NCBI GenBank assembly: GCA_963695555.1
Contig: CAVOGR010000003.1
Coordinates: forward strand, 1 to 64,000
Direction of reading: 5' to 3'
DNA from: an uncultured Gemmatimonadales bacterium
GTDB taxonomy: Bacteria > Gemmatimonadota > Gemmatimonadetes > Gemmatimonadales > GWC2-71-9
DNA: 64,000 bases
The translations under genes and the position numbers were made by a program. The notes under the pieces are model-generated. The model did not search any database. It was not told the origin of the DNA and saw only the letters and a list, made by a program, of their open reading frames with translations. Positions 10,035 to 19,834 of the stretch are shown piece by piece. The stretch's first letter is position 1, and the number at the start of each line of letters is the position of its first letter.

Positions 10035-11069
10035 GTGAACTGGGCCATCCTCCTGGCCGGCGGCGCCGGCACGAGGTTCTGGCCTCTGAGCAGTCCCAGA
10101 CAGCCCAAACAGCTTCTCCCGCTCACCGAGGATGGCCGCAGCACTGCCGAAGTCACAATCGAACATCTCGAAGGCCTGGTTCCGCGCGAGCGGATCCTGC
10201 TGGTGACCGGACCGGCGCTCGGGCCTGTCCTGGCCTCGAGTCTCCGACTCCCACCGGAAAACGTCCTTACGGAGCCCCGACCGGCCTCGACCGCGCCCGC
10301 CATTGTGTGGGCCACCCACGAGGCGCTCAGGCGGGATCCCGACGCTCGAATCCTGACGCTCCATGCCGACTGGGTGATCGGCGATCGCACCGCGTTTCAC
10401 CAAACGGCATCGACCGCCCTCGAGACGGCACAGGCACACGATTGCCTCGTCACGGTGGGAATCGTGCCGAGCCGACCGGAGACGGGGTACGGGTACATCG
10501 TGCCGGGCCCGGCGCTCGACGGCCTTGCCCGGAAGGTGGCACGGTTCACCGAGAAGCCCGGTGCCGCCAAGGCCATGGACTTGATCGCTGGTGGTGCCTT
10601 GTGGAACAGCGGATTGTTCGCCTGGACCGCCGCTCGTTTGTTGGCCGAGATCACCCGGCATACTCCTGAGATTGCGCCCGCGCTACCGGCCCTCGAGGCC
10701 GGCGACATCGACGCGTTCTTCGGGCAGGTCACCGCCATCTCCATCGACGTGGGTCTCCTCGAGCGAAGCAATGCGGTCGCGGTCCTGCCGGGAGCGTTTG
10801 CCTGGGACGACGTCGGGAACTGGGATGCACTCCACCGCGTGCGCCAGCGCGACGCGAACGGCAACGTCCTAGTCGGCCGGGTGCACGCGACCGATACCCA
10901 CGATTGCGTCGCGTGGTCTGAGACGACGCCCGTGGTGTTGAGCGGTGTCCGGGATCTGGTGGTGGTGGCGGCCAATGGCCGCATCCTGGTCATGCCGCGC
11001 GAAGATGCCCCGCAGGTGAAGGCGCTGCTCGACCTCCTGCCACCGGACGTGCGGGACCTGCCGTCGTGA
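10035..11069 (+). CDS. manC: Mannose-1-phosphate guanylyltransferase
   Basis: LAGGAGTRFWPLS...PKQLL, ETGYGYI, FTEKP, WNSGLF, SIDVGLLE and WDDVGNW. Confidence 0.9.
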   Translation: MNWAILLAGGAGTRFWPLSSPRQPKQLLPLTEDGRSTAEVTIEHLEGLVPRERILLVTGPALGPVLASSLRLPPENVLTEPRPASTAPAIVWATHEALRRDPDARILTLHADWVIGDRTAFHQTASTALETAQAHDCLVTVGIVPSRPETGYGYIVPGPALDGLARKVARFTEKPGAAKAMDLIAGGALWNSGLFAWTAARLLAEITRHTPEIAPALPALEAGDIDAFFGQVTAISIDVGLLERSNAVAVLPGAFAWDDVGNWDALHRVRQRDANGNVLVGRVHATDTHDCVAWSETTPVVLSGVRDLVVVAANGRILVMPREDAPQVKALLDLLPPDVRDLPS

Positions 11070-12250
11070 CCGACCTGGTCTTGCTCGAGCCCGATACCTC
11101 CGGCCTCGATTGGGCACCGTTCGCAGGCGTCCGTCCGGTCTGTGAGCTGCGCGCCGGCATTTGGCGAATCCGTGAACGATGGGAACAGGTCCTGGGAGCG
11201 CGCGCGAGCGCGATCGTGGGAGCGCACGTCGCCGGCTTCGTCGACGACGACGCGGTGCCTCCGGTGCAGCAGGCGGCTGCCATCCGCGGCCCGGCTATCG
11301 TTGCCAGATCAGACTTCGTTCCTTCGCTCGAGCCGGTCGAACTTTCAGGCGACACGCGGTGCCTCGCCTTTCACGGGAAGCCGGTGGCCTGGCTGCTCGC
11401 TTCCGATGAACCGCTCGACGCCGCACGGCTACCGCCGGCCAGACCGGCGCTCGACGTGAACGGCATGCTGCTGGGCGCCGGCGTGGCATTGCTCGATGCG
11501 TTGGATTCTCTGCTCGCCCTCGACTGCGCGGCGTGGGCCGCACGCGCCGGAGCCGCCACGGTTCCGGCCGGCAGTCTGGTCCTGGGCGACCCGTCCCTGA
11601 TCGCCGCTGGGGCTGCCCAGGTCGAGCCCGGCGTCGTGTTCGACGTGCGGCATGGGGCGATCGTTCTGGACGCGGGTGCCGAAGTGCGGCACGGGGCCCG
11701 TCTCGAAGGGCCACTCTATGTTGGGCCGCACTCGATCGTGTGGGGCGGAGTCATCAAACACTCCGTCATCGGCCCGCACTGCCGCGTTCGTGGCGAGGTG
11801 ACCCACTCGATCTTCCTCGGCTACGCCAACAAGGCCCACGACGGCTTCGTGGGCCACAGCGTGCTCGGTCATTGGGTGAATTTGGGTGCGCTCACCACCA
11901 CCTCCAATCTCAAGAACACGTACGGCATGGTCGCACTCGAGGTAGCCGGCACCCGCATCGCGACCAACCGACAATTCGTCGGCACGCTGTTCGGCGATCA
12001 TGTGAAGACAGCCATCGGCACCATGCTCGGCACCGGAACCGTGGTCGGCGCCGGTGCGAATCTGTTCGGCTCGGATGCCGTGCCCAAGTACGTTCCTCCA
12101 TTTGCCTGGGGCAACGCGGCACGCGAACAAATGGACGAAGCTGCCTTCCTCAAGGTGGCCGGCCGCGCCATGCCCCGCCGGGGCGTCGAACTCACTGCGG
12201 AACGGCGAGCCTCACTCAGCGCGACGTACGCCCGAATCATCGGCCCATGA
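11066..12250 (+). CDS. GlmU-like putative sugar nucleotidyl/acyl-transferase with left-handed beta-helix
   Basis: RPVCELRAG N-terminus; hexapeptide repeats; NKAHDGFVGHSVLGHWVNLGA...SNLKN. Confidence 0.8.
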   Translation: MTDLVLLEPDTSGLDWAPFAGVRPVCELRAGIWRIRERWEQVLGARASAIVGAHVAGFVDDDAVPPVQQAAAIRGPAIVARSDFVPSLEPVELSGDTRCLAFHGKPVAWLLASDEPLDAARLPPARPALDVNGMLLGAGVALLDALDSLLALDCAAWAARAGAATVPAGSLVLGDPSLIAAGAAQVEPGVVFDVRHGAIVLDAGAEVRHGARLEGPLYVGPHSIVWGGVIKHSVIGPHCRVRGEVTHSIFLGYANKAHDGFVGHSVLGHWVNLGALTTTSNLKNTYGMVALEVAGTRIATNRQFVGTLFGDHVKTAIGTMLGTGTVVGAGANLFGSDAVPKYVPPFAWGNAAREQMDEAAFLKVAGRAMPRRGVELTAERRASLSATYARIIGP

Positions 12251-13026
12251 CGACCCTGTTCGTCCTGGGTTCCGGATCGCGAGGGAATTGCGTCGCCATC
12301 TCGCACGACGGCGCGACCCTCCTGGTGGACGCCGGCTTCAGTGCCAGGGAAATCGAACGTCGCGCCGCCGCGGTTGGCCTCGGGCTCCAGTCCGTGGTCG
12401 GCATCGCGGTGACCCACGAACACAAGGACCACTCCGCCGGTGCTGCCCGTTTGGCGCGACGGCTTGGTGCACCCGTCGTGACGTCGCCGGGAACCTGGGA
12501 CCGGCTTCGCCACCGGGCCGGCGGGGCCCAGCATCGCTTGGTGAGCCTAGGCGGCCAGGTCGAACTCGGCCCCTTCTCGATTGCGGCCTGCCCTACCTGG
12601 CATGACGCCTCCGAGCCGGTGGCGTTCGCCGTGCGCGCCACCGATGGCACCGGCATCGGAGTGGCGTACGACCTGGGCAAGGCCACGGCCGGCCTCAGGT
12701 ATCTGCTGAAGGACATGAACGCCCTGGTGCTCGAGGCCAATCACGACGAGGTCCGTCTGCGGCTCGGTCCTTACCCGCCAAGCGTGCAGCACCGGATTGC
12801 GGGGTCGGGCGGCCACCTGTCCAACCGGGCCGCCGCTGAGTTGCTCGGACAGCTGTCGCACCCGGGTCTTCGCCTGGTGGTGCTGGCTCATCTGAGCGAG
12901 TCGTGCAACACGGCCGCCGATGCCCGAGCCACGGTCGAGCCCGCGCTCAGCCGGGCCGGGTTCGCCGGCACTCTCCACGTGGCGGAGCAGGCCGCCCCGT
13001 TGCCGCCGCTGCCCATCTGGGGCTGA
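12247..13026 (+). CDS. MBL-fold metallo-hydrolase (YycJ/PhnP-like)
   Basis: LGSGSRGN, THEHKDH, HDA, LEANHD, GHLSN and AHLSESCN; ATG at 12247 overlaps the upstream stop. Confidence 0.88.
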   Translation: MTTLFVLGSGSRGNCVAISHDGATLLVDAGFSAREIERRAAAVGLGLQSVVGIAVTHEHKDHSAGAARLARRLGAPVVTSPGTWDRLRHRAGGAQHRLVSLGGQVELGPFSIAACPTWHDASEPVAFAVRATDGTGIGVAYDLGKATAGLRYLLKDMNALVLEANHDEVRLRLGPYPPSVQHRIAGSGGHLSNRAAAELLGQLSHPGLRLVVLAHLSESCNTAADARATVEPALSRAGFAGTLHVAEQAAPLPPLPIWG

Positions 13027-13044
13027 TCGTCATCCACCAAACGA

Positions 13045-13082
13045 AACGACCCCCCGAGGGCTCTCGCCTTCGGGGGGTCGTT
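13045..13082. terminator. Intrinsic (likely bidirectional) terminator between convergent MBL gene and groEL
   Basis: AACGACCCCCCGAGGG-loop-CCTTCGGGGGGTCGTT hairpin flanked by A and T tracts. Confidence 0.75.
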
Positions 13083-13099
13083 CTTGGGTGGGTTCGGGC

Positions 13100-14728
13100 T
13101 TAGTACATCCCGCCCATGCCCGGAGGCGCGCCGCCCGCCGGCTTCTCGGTCTCGGGCTTCTCAGCCACCACGCACTCCGTGGTGATCATGAGGCCCGCGA
13201 TGGAAGCGGCGTTCTGCAGCGCCGTGCGGGTAACCTTGGTCGGGTCGATGACACCCGCCTTGACCAGGTCCTCGAACTTGTCGGTGGCGGCGTTGTACCC
13301 AAAGGCCGGGTCGTTCGATTCCCGTACCTTGGCCACCACGATCGAGCCCTCGGCGCCCGCGTTCTCCGCGATCATCCGAATCGGCTCTTCTAACGCACGC
13401 CGAACGATTTCCACACCGACCCGCTCGTCCGGAGTGCCCTTGATCTTGTCGAGCACGTTCTGGGCGCGAATCAGGGCGACGCCACCACCAGGCACGATGC
13501 CCTCTTCGACCGCGGCACGCGTGGCATGCAGTGCATCCTCGACCCGAGCCTTCTTCTCCTTCATTTCAGTCTCGGTTGCGGCGCCGACATTGATGACGGC
13601 CACGCCGCCGGCGAGCTTGGCCAGCCGCTCCTGGAGCTTCTCGCTGTCGTAGTCGCTCGTGCTCTTGTCGATGGCGGCTTTGATCTCACCAATGCGGCCT
13701 TGGATGGCCTCGGCATTGCCATGACCATCGACCACCGTGGTGTTGTCCTTGTCCACGACGATGCGCTTGGCCCGGCCCAGCTCGTTCAGGGTCGCATTCT
13801 CGAGCTTGAAGCCAACTTCCTCCGACACGACCTGCCCGCCAGTGAGGACAGCGATGTCGCGCAGCATTTCCTTGCGCCGATCACCGAAACCGGGGGCCTT
13901 CACCGCGCAGACCTTGAGCGTGCCGCGGAGCTTGTTGACCACCAGCGTCGCTAGGGCCTCGCCCTCGACGTCCTCCGCGATGATGATGAGCGGCTTCCCG
14001 CTCTGCGCGACCTTCTCCAGGATCGGGAGGAGGTCCTTCATGGCCGAGATCTTCTTGTCGTGGATGAGGATATAGCCGTCCTCGAGCACCGCTTCCATCT
14101 TCTCGGGATCCGTGACGAAGTACGGCGACAGGTAGCCCCGGTCGAACTGCATGCCGTCGACGGTCTCGAGCATGGTCTCGAGGCCCTTGGCCTCTTCGAC
14201 CGTGATGACGCCGTCCTTGCCCACTTTCTCCATGGCCTCGGCGATGAGCTTGCCGATCTCGGCGTCGTTGTTGGCCGAGATGGTCCCGACCTGGGCAATC
14301 TCCTTCTTGCCGGCCGACGCAACCGACGTCCGCGCCAGCTCAGCAACGACTGCCTCGACCGCGCGATCGATGCCGCGCTTCAACTCCATCGGGTTGGCGC
14401 CCGCCGTCACGTTCTTCAGCCCTTCTCGGTAGATGGCCTGCGCCAGCACGGTGGCGGTAGTGGTGCCGTCACCGGCAAGATCGGACGTCTTCGTGGCGAC
14501 TTCCTTGAGCATCTGGGCGCCCATGTTCTCGATCGGGTCGCTGAGCTCGATTTCCTTTGCCACAGTGACACCGTCCTTGGTGACCGTGGGCGATCCGAAT
14601 TTCTTGTCGATCACCACGTTGCGGCCCTTGGGGCCGAGGGTGACCTTGACCGCATTGGCCATGTGGTCGACACCCCGCTTCAGCCTCGCGCGGGCCTCAA
14701 CATCGAAAATCAGTTCCTTTGCTGCCAT
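13100..14728 (-). CDS. groL: Chaperonin GroEL
   Basis: [33 protein letters not shown] and C-terminal GMGGMY. Confidence 0.99.
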   Translation of the reverse strand: MAAKELIFDVEARARLKRGVDHMANAVKVTLGPKGRNVVIDKKFGSPTVTKDGVTVAKEIELSDPIENMGAQMLKEVATKTSDLAGDGTTTATVLAQAIYREGLKNVTAGANPMELKRGIDRAVEAVVAELARTSVASAGKKEIAQVGTISANNDAEIGKLIAEAMEKVGKDGVITVEEAKGLETMLETVDGMQFDRGYLSPYFVTDPEKMEAVLEDGYILIHDKKISAMKDLLPILEKVAQSGKPLIIIAEDVEGEALATLVVNKLRGTLKVCAVKAPGFGDRRKEMLRDIAVLTGGQVVSEEVGFKLENATLNELGRAKRIVVDKDNTTVVDGHGNAEAIQGRIGEIKAAIDKSTSDYDSEKLQERLAKLAGGVAVINVGAATETEMKEKKARVEDALHATRAAVEEGIVPGGGVALIRAQNVLDKIKGTPDERVGVEIVRRALEEPIRMIAENAGAEGSIVVAKVRESNDPAFGYNAATDKFEDLVKAGVIDPTKVTRTALQNAASIAGLMITTECVVAEKPETEKPAGGAPPGMGGMY

Positions 14729-14755
14729 TGTATCGTTCTCCTCTTAGGCCCGAGT

Positions 14756-15070
14756 TTACTCGACTTTCGCGAGAATGTCGGACGCCTTGATGATGATGAC
14801 CTCATGGTCGCCCAGCTGGAACGGAGTCCCGCTGTACTTCCCGTAAAGCACCTTGTCGCCGACGGCGACCTCCATCTTGATCCGCTCGCCCTTCTCGATA
14901 CGCCCCGGGCCGGCGGCGATGACCTCGCCCTGGGTCGGCTTTTCCTTGGCGGTGTCGGGAATGTACAGCCCGCCGCGCATGGACTCAGCCTCCTCGTCCG
15001 GCAGGATCACGACCCGATCCTCCAGGGGGTGAAGCTTGAGCTTGGGCTTCGCTTTGGTGGCACTCGGCAT
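14756..15070 (-). CDS. groS: Co-chaperonin GroES
   Basis: LHPLEDRVV...GGLYIPDTAKEKP...GDKVLYGKYSG; GGAGG RBS before the ATG at 15070. Confidence 0.97.
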   Translation of the reverse strand: MPSATKAKPKLKLHPLEDRVVILPDEEAESMRGGLYIPDTAKEKPTQGEVIAAGPGRIEKGERIKMEVAVGDKVLYGKYSGTPFQLGDHEVIIIKASDILAKVE

Positions 15071-15131
15071 GTCGCCCTCCAACTCGTTGTCAGGTGTGGT
15101 ATTGGCCAGTAAACCATTATTTGCCAATGAA

Positions 15132-15158
15132 TTAGCACTCTACCTATGAGAGTGCCAG
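15132..15158. promoter_or_regulatory. CIRCE element (HrcA operator)
   Basis: TTAGCACTC-N9-GAGTGCCAG versus consensus TTAGCACTC-N9-GAGTGCTAA, upstream of groES. Confidence 0.92.
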
Positions 15159-15172
15159 CTATTCGGTAGCGA

Positions 15173-15200
15173 AAGATATGCTGAGGGCTGGGCTTGTCAA
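15173..15200 (-). promoter_or_regulatory. Sigma70-type promoter of groESL
   Basis: TTGACA-N16-TATCTT just upstream of the CIRCE element. Confidence 0.6.
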
Positions 15201-15210
15201 GCGACGGGGA

Positions 15211-16098
15211 TCAGAAATCGAATCGGATTTCGCCGCCCACGTAGCCGTTGTCGGATCGGAAGAACTGCCGCTGGGTGGTGGGACCGTCGTGAGCCACCAG
15301 GGAGAGGCCGAGCGCGTGGTTCCCCGTCGCATTCGGGAATTCGATCCCGAGCCGCGCCGAACTGCCGATCCGCCACTCGGTGGCCGCCACGCCCTCGAAG
15401 TGCACCGCCACGACCGGACGGGTCGGGGCGCCGAGAATCGAGAATTGCGACCCCACATAGTCCACCGCCAGCATGGCGCCCGGGCGGTCGAGCGCGAGCT
15501 CGTCGATCAAGACCCAGGTCCCGGCGCCAATGAAACTCCAAGGACCGACCGTATAGCGCACCCACGCCTCCAGCACCTCGCGGGTCCAGTCCAGTCGCGT
15601 CGCAGCGAAACGCTCGGCGTATTCGTCCCCGAGGTGGCTGCTCTCGTGATATACCCTGAGCGTAGTCCGCCACGGTCCGAAATCGCCGGTGAGGTCGATC
15701 CCTACCACCCAGTCGGTACTGATGAGGGACGACTTCGAGTCATCGAGACGGAATCGTCCGTACGCTTCCACGCCGAAGCCCAAGGTGATCGGCACCGGGC
15801 CCCGCCGGAGTGCTATGACCGGAAAACTCTCGCCGACGCCCGCTTCTCCCTCCTTGCCGGTGCCAAACGCGTTGTCCGCCTCCGTGACCGCCACGAACCG
15901 ACCCACGAAGGCGGTGGCTCGGGGTGCCGCGGCCGGGTACTCGAAGCTCGGCACATCGGGAAAGAACCGGCTTCCCTGCCCCCAGAGCGCGGTGGGGAGG
16001 ACCAGCATCCCAGCCAGGGCCAAACGAAGGCAACGGCCCACGACCTGGGACCGGTCCGAACGGGGGGATGTCGTCATGGAGGAGATCAATCCTGACAA
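15211..16098 (-). CDS. DUF1207-like outer-membrane protein (start uncertain)
   Basis: YHESSHLGDE motif, amphipathic beta-strands, C-terminal aromatic RFDF, signal-like segment. Confidence 0.7.
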   Translation of the reverse strand: MSGLISSMTTSPRSDRSQVVGRCLRLALAGMLVLPTALWGQGSRFFPDVPSFEYPAAAPRATAFVGRFVAVTEADNAFGTGKEGEAGVGESFPVIALRRGPVPITLGFGVEAYGRFRLDDSKSSLISTDWVVGIDLTGDFGPWRTTLRVYHESSHLGDEYAERFAATRLDWTREVLEAWVRYTVGPWSFIGAGTWVLIDELALDRPGAMLAVDYVGSQFSILGAPTRPVVAVHFEGVAATEWRIGSSARLGIEFPNATGNHALGLSLVAHDGPTTQRQFFRSDNGYVGGEIRFDF

Positions 16099-16184
16099 GG
16101 GGGACCGGGGTTTATGGCCGGGAGCATGTGTGCTAGGTTAATCGCAGTCAATCTCTCGGATCAACCGTTTACCGGAGTGTGAGA

Positions 16185-17348
16185 ATGTCCGCGGTGGGTT
16201 TGCTTTTCACAACGGCGCTCATGAGCGGGGTGCAAGCCCCGGCCCAGCAGGCGCCCGCGATGGCCATGGCGTCCGACACCGCTCGCATCGAGGTCGAGAC
16301 GGATAACTCCCGCCGTGAGGTGTTGGTGACCCTTGGGCCGTTCACGCTCGAGGACATGTCCGGCATGGACCATCACGCCATGGCGATGATGGACGACGGC
16401 GCGGGCCACGATACCCCGGTCTACGATTTCACCTGGCCGGTCGACGGCTGGTTCCGTGGCTTCCGCATCGAGGTCGTGGACGAGGCCGGCAACCCCCTGC
16501 CCCGAGAGATCATGCACCACATGATCATGGTGAACTACGACCGGCGGCAGCTCCTGTATTCCGCGGCGGAACGCCTCATGGGTGCCGGGTCGGAGACGGG
16601 GGACGCCGTGCTCCCGAAGACCGTCGGCGTGCCGATGAGCGCGAACATGCGGCTCGGCGTGTATATCGCCTGGCACAACGCCACCGGGGCCCCGATCGAG
16701 AGCGCGTTTCTCAAGATCGCGCTCCTGTGGTCTCCGAAGAACCTGATGCCCCAGCCGGTGAGCAGCCTCCCGATCTACATGGACGTGAATCTGGAGGTCG
16801 GCGGGACCAACACCTTCGACATCCCGGCGGGCCGATCCGAGAAGAGCTACGAGTTCAGCGTTCCGGTCGGCGGACGCCTGCTCGGCATCAGCGGCCACCT
16901 GCACGATTACGGTGTCTTGGTCCGCCTGGAGGACGCCGAGACCGGCAAGGTCATCACCCAGGTCGAGGGCGACCGCGCCCCCGATGGGAGCATCGCCGGT
17001 GTCGAGCGGAAGCTGTTCGGCGTGCTCGGTCGCGGGTTGAAGCTGCACGCCGGCAAGCGCTACCGGGTGGTCGGGGTCTACGACAACCCGACCGGCGAGG
17101 CCATCCCGCTTGGCGCGATGGCGGAAATCGTGGGGCTCTACGTGCCGGACGATTTCGATCTTTGGCCCGAACTCGATCCGAACGATCCAACGCTACAGCG
17201 CGATCTGGCCTCACTCGCGGAGATGGGACGCCCGAAGGCTGAAATGGACCATATGGACCATGCCGCGCCCGGCGAACAAGCCAAGCCGGCCGCAGAAGAA
17301 GCCCACAAGGATCACGAAAAGAAGCCGGCCGCCGAGCACAAGCACTAA
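16185..17348 (+). CDS. Secreted protein with PHM/PNGase-F-like (copper monooxygenase-like) motifs
   Basis: Signal peptide; IMHHMIM, AWHN, GHLHDYG and YDN...GAM motifs; Met/His-rich segments. Confidence 0.55.
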   Translation: MSAVGLLFTTALMSGVQAPAQQAPAMAMASDTARIEVETDNSRREVLVTLGPFTLEDMSGMDHHAMAMMDDGAGHDTPVYDFTWPVDGWFRGFRIEVVDEAGNPLPREIMHHMIMVNYDRRQLLYSAAERLMGAGSETGDAVLPKTVGVPMSANMRLGVYIAWHNATGAPIESAFLKIALLWSPKNLMPQPVSSLPIYMDVNLEVGGTNTFDIPAGRSEKSYEFSVPVGGRLLGISGHLHDYGVLVRLEDAETGKVITQVEGDRAPDGSIAGVERKLFGVLGRGLKLHAGKRYRVVGVYDNPTGEAIPLGAMAEIVGLYVPDDFDLWPELDPNDPTLQRDLASLAEMGRPKAEMDHMDHAAPGEQAKPAAEEAHKDHEKKPAAEHKH

Positions 17349-17385
17349 GGCCGGGCGGGCGATCCTGCCGCAGCGAATTGGCCTG

Positions 17386-17411
17386 GCGCCCTCTCGAAAT
17401 CGAGAGGGCGC
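17386..17411. terminator. Hairpin terminator between convergent genes
   Basis: GCGCCCTCTCGA-AA-TCGAGAGGGCGC followed by TTGGCTTT. Confidence 0.6.
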
Positions 17412-17430
17412 TTGGCTTTCCGGCTCTCGG

Positions 17431-18417
17431 TTACTCCACCACCCGCCGGGCGCCGATCCAGCGCTCCCACCACCAGCGCCCGTACGGATCGTCGCTGGCG
17501 AGCCGGCTCATTTGAACGCCGTTGCTTGCACTATGGATGAATTGCCCGCCGCCGACGTACAACCCGACGTGGGTCACAGGGCCTTCTCGGTCGCTGAAAG
17601 TCAGGATGTCGCCCGGGGACAGCGCCTCGACAGCCCGTGCCACCGGTTGGCCGACGCGGGCCTGATCGGCGCTCCGCCTTGGCAGGGAAATCCCGTGAGC
17701 GCCGTAGGCATACTGGATGAGACCCGAACAATCGAAGCCTCCCCTACCCGTGCCCCCCCACTTGTACGGCGTGCCCATCGCGTCGGTCGCCGTCTGCACC
17801 ACCGCCTCCAGCATCCGGGCCGCCTCCTCCGGAGGGGCAAAGGCCCCCGGCTCGGCACCAGGCGCCGAAGGGGCAGATGCACCACCGGCTGCAACAGGGG
17901 AGACCGCGCGGGCGGACGTCCGAGGTTCCGTCGGACCGCGACTGCTGCCGCCGCCCCACCGCACCCCGAGCCGGAGACCCAGTTCGACCCCGGAACGCGA
18001 GCCCGGCGTGAGGCCCCGCCAGCGACCCTCCAGTCCCGCGGTGAGAAACGGAAGCGGGAAGACCTCGTAGCCCAGCCCGGCTGACCAACTGGCCCAGAGA
18101 TCGTCTGCCTCACCTGTCCCAACGCCACCGATAAGTCCAGCTACGGCATAGGGTCCGGCCACGCCACCTCGAAACAACGTGAGGTCTGTTCCCAGGCCCC
18201 ACAGGCGCTGGTCCAACTGCCCTCGGTCGCGGAACAAGGCCCCGAGTAGCCCGTATCCTAGGGGTCCCGTAAAGGTGCCGGAGAGGACCAGGCGATAGCT
18301 CGACCAGTCGGGATCTTCGAGCAGCCGGGCGGCCTCGAACGCAATGCCCTGTGCTCGCGCCACTCCGGGCCACATGACGAGAGCGGCGGCCAGGGCGAGG
18401 AGTCGAAGGCGGTACAT
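17431..18417 (-). CDS. NlpC/P60 (C40) peptidase with N-terminal beta-barrel-like domain
   Basis: Signal peptide; GTPYKWGG...FDCSGL...HVGLY...FIHS catalytic C/H/H set; N-terminal about 130 aa of amphipathic strands ending LGVRW. Confidence 0.85.
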   Translation of the reverse strand: MYRLRLLALAAALVMWPGVARAQGIAFEAARLLEDPDWSSYRLVLSGTFTGPLGYGLLGALFRDRGQLDQRLWGLGTDLTLFRGGVAGPYAVAGLIGGVGTGEADDLWASWSAGLGYEVFPLPFLTAGLEGRWRGLTPGSRSGVELGLRLGVRWGGGSSRGPTEPRTSARAVSPVAAGGASAPSAPGAEPGAFAPPEEAARMLEAVVQTATDAMGTPYKWGGTGRGGFDCSGLIQYAYGAHGISLPRRSADQARVGQPVARAVEALSPGDILTFSDREGPVTHVGLYVGGGQFIHSASNGVQMSRLASDDPYGRWWWERWIGARRVVE

Positions 18418-18422
18418 GGCCG

Positions 18423-18824
18423 TTACTCGACTCGCCGTGGCTCACCAGTCCGGAGGTTTACGTCGTAGGTGTTCCCGGGTCGGCAGTTGAGCCAGATATG
18501 GGCGCGCACGGTCGAGTCATTCAGCAGGACGGGAGTCTCCCCGGTGTAGAGGAGCGGGACGGGAGTGCGCTGCCCGTCCCGTCGGATTTCCATCACCCGC
18601 TCGATGCACGGGGCGCCGTCCGCGCCCGTTCCCACCCGCGAATCGGTGAACCACACCTCGATCCCCTGCGAAGTGCGAACGGCAAGGCTGTCAGCCAGCT
18701 CATTCGGTTGGTCCTGGGATTCTGCGGACTCGATACCTGGGCGCCCCCGCGGCGGGCCGCAGGACAATCCCAGAGCCATCGCGCTGCATAATGTGAACCG
18801 CACCAGCGTGCTGGAAGACCGCAA
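18423..18824 (-). CDS. Hypothetical lipoprotein
   Basis: LGLSC lipobox-like motif; tightly packed in a co-oriented run. Confidence 0.6.
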   Translation of the reverse strand: MRSSSTLVRFTLCSAMALGLSCGPPRGRPGIESAESQDQPNELADSLAVRTSQGIEVWFTDSRVGTGADGAPCIERVMEIRRDGQRTPVPLLYTGETPVLLNDSTVRAHIWLNCRPGNTYDVNLRTGEPRRVE

Positions 18825-18825
18825 T

Positions 18826-19110
18826 TCACTCCTCCCCGATCAGGTCCGACGTGTCAGGTGTCGCATCTTCGGCGACGTGAAGCACGCGCTGGAGTTCCGG
18901 CGATCGCCTGAGCAGGCGGAGCCACAAGATGAGTCCGCCGAAGCCAACAGCCGCCGCCGTGAGCACGGTCAGGACGATCCCGATTCTCGGATTGTGGATG
19001 GGGGAGGTCAGGAAGGCGCCAAGTATTCCCCCAACGTGGGCGCCCGCCCACGCCACAAATGGGGTCAGCAACCAGCCGAGGATCCGAGCAGCAAGGCGCA
19101 GCAGGCGCAT
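18826..19110 (-). CDS. Hypothetical membrane protein
   Basis: Two hydrophobic helices; 1-3 nt spacing to neighbours. Confidence 0.6.
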   Translation of the reverse strand: MRLLRLAARILGWLLTPFVAWAGAHVGGILGAFLTSPIHNPRIGIVLTVLTAAAVGFGGLILWLRLLRRSPELQRVLHVAEDATPDTSDLIGEE

Positions 19111-19113
19111 GGC

Positions 19114-19743
19114 CTACGCGCGGCGCCGCCCGATCGCTGAAACGAGCGCGGCCAGCGCGAGTCCGGGAAGGAACGCGATGGCAAAGGTCGGGAGCGACCA
19201 CTGGGCACCGGGAAAGCCGACCAACACCGCCACGACACCCACGATCATGGTCAGCCCCAGGGCGGAGATCATCAGGCCGACGACCGACGGTTGCCGGCCT
19301 TTGACACTTTGATTGGCCAGCACCGTCGCCCCCATCCAGGACAAGAAGGTGCCCGCCATCCACCACACCGGATGGTACCACCAATTGCTGCCGCCGCCGA
19401 TCTCGAGCCAACGATTGGAATACGTGCCGATCCACTGCAGCACGGCAACGTCCGCGATCATGAAGACGACGGTGGCCCCGAGGCCGATGCCGGCGGCGCC
19501 GGCGATGCCTTCGGTGTGTCGGGCCTTGGTCCAGATCCCGGGCAAGGCACAGGTCGCAGTGAGGCCCACGAGGACAATGAGAGCCTGGAGCACGATTTCG
19601 GCCGAGCCATCGAGAAAGCGCGACACCAGCGAGAACGCGAGCACCAGGATCGCCTGGATAACGCCCAGTTTGATGGACCCGCGGAGGATCAAGGGAACGT
19701 CGGTCTGGTCGAAGTTCCGTTCGTATTCCACCGCTCCACTCAT
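19114..19743 (-). CDS. Hypothetical multi-pass membrane protein
   Basis: About six TM segments; AGGAG RBS before the ATG at 19743 and TATACT further upstream. Confidence 0.7.
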   Translation of the reverse strand: MSGAVEYERNFDQTDVPLILRGSIKLGVIQAILVLAFSLVSRFLDGSAEIVLQALIVLVGLTATCALPGIWTKARHTEGIAGAAGIGLGATVVFMIADVAVLQWIGTYSNRWLEIGGGSNWWYHPVWWMAGTFLSWMGATVLANQSVKGRQPSVVGLMISALGLTMIVGVVAVLVGFPGAQWSLPTFAIAFLPGLALAALVSAIGRRRA

Positions 19744-19834
19744 GCCGGCTCCTGGAGAGAAGTGCCGAAGTATAGTGCCCACGCCGACGGCGGGCCAAGC
19801 TGCCTCAGCGTGGCGTGCGGCGCCGACATCGGCC

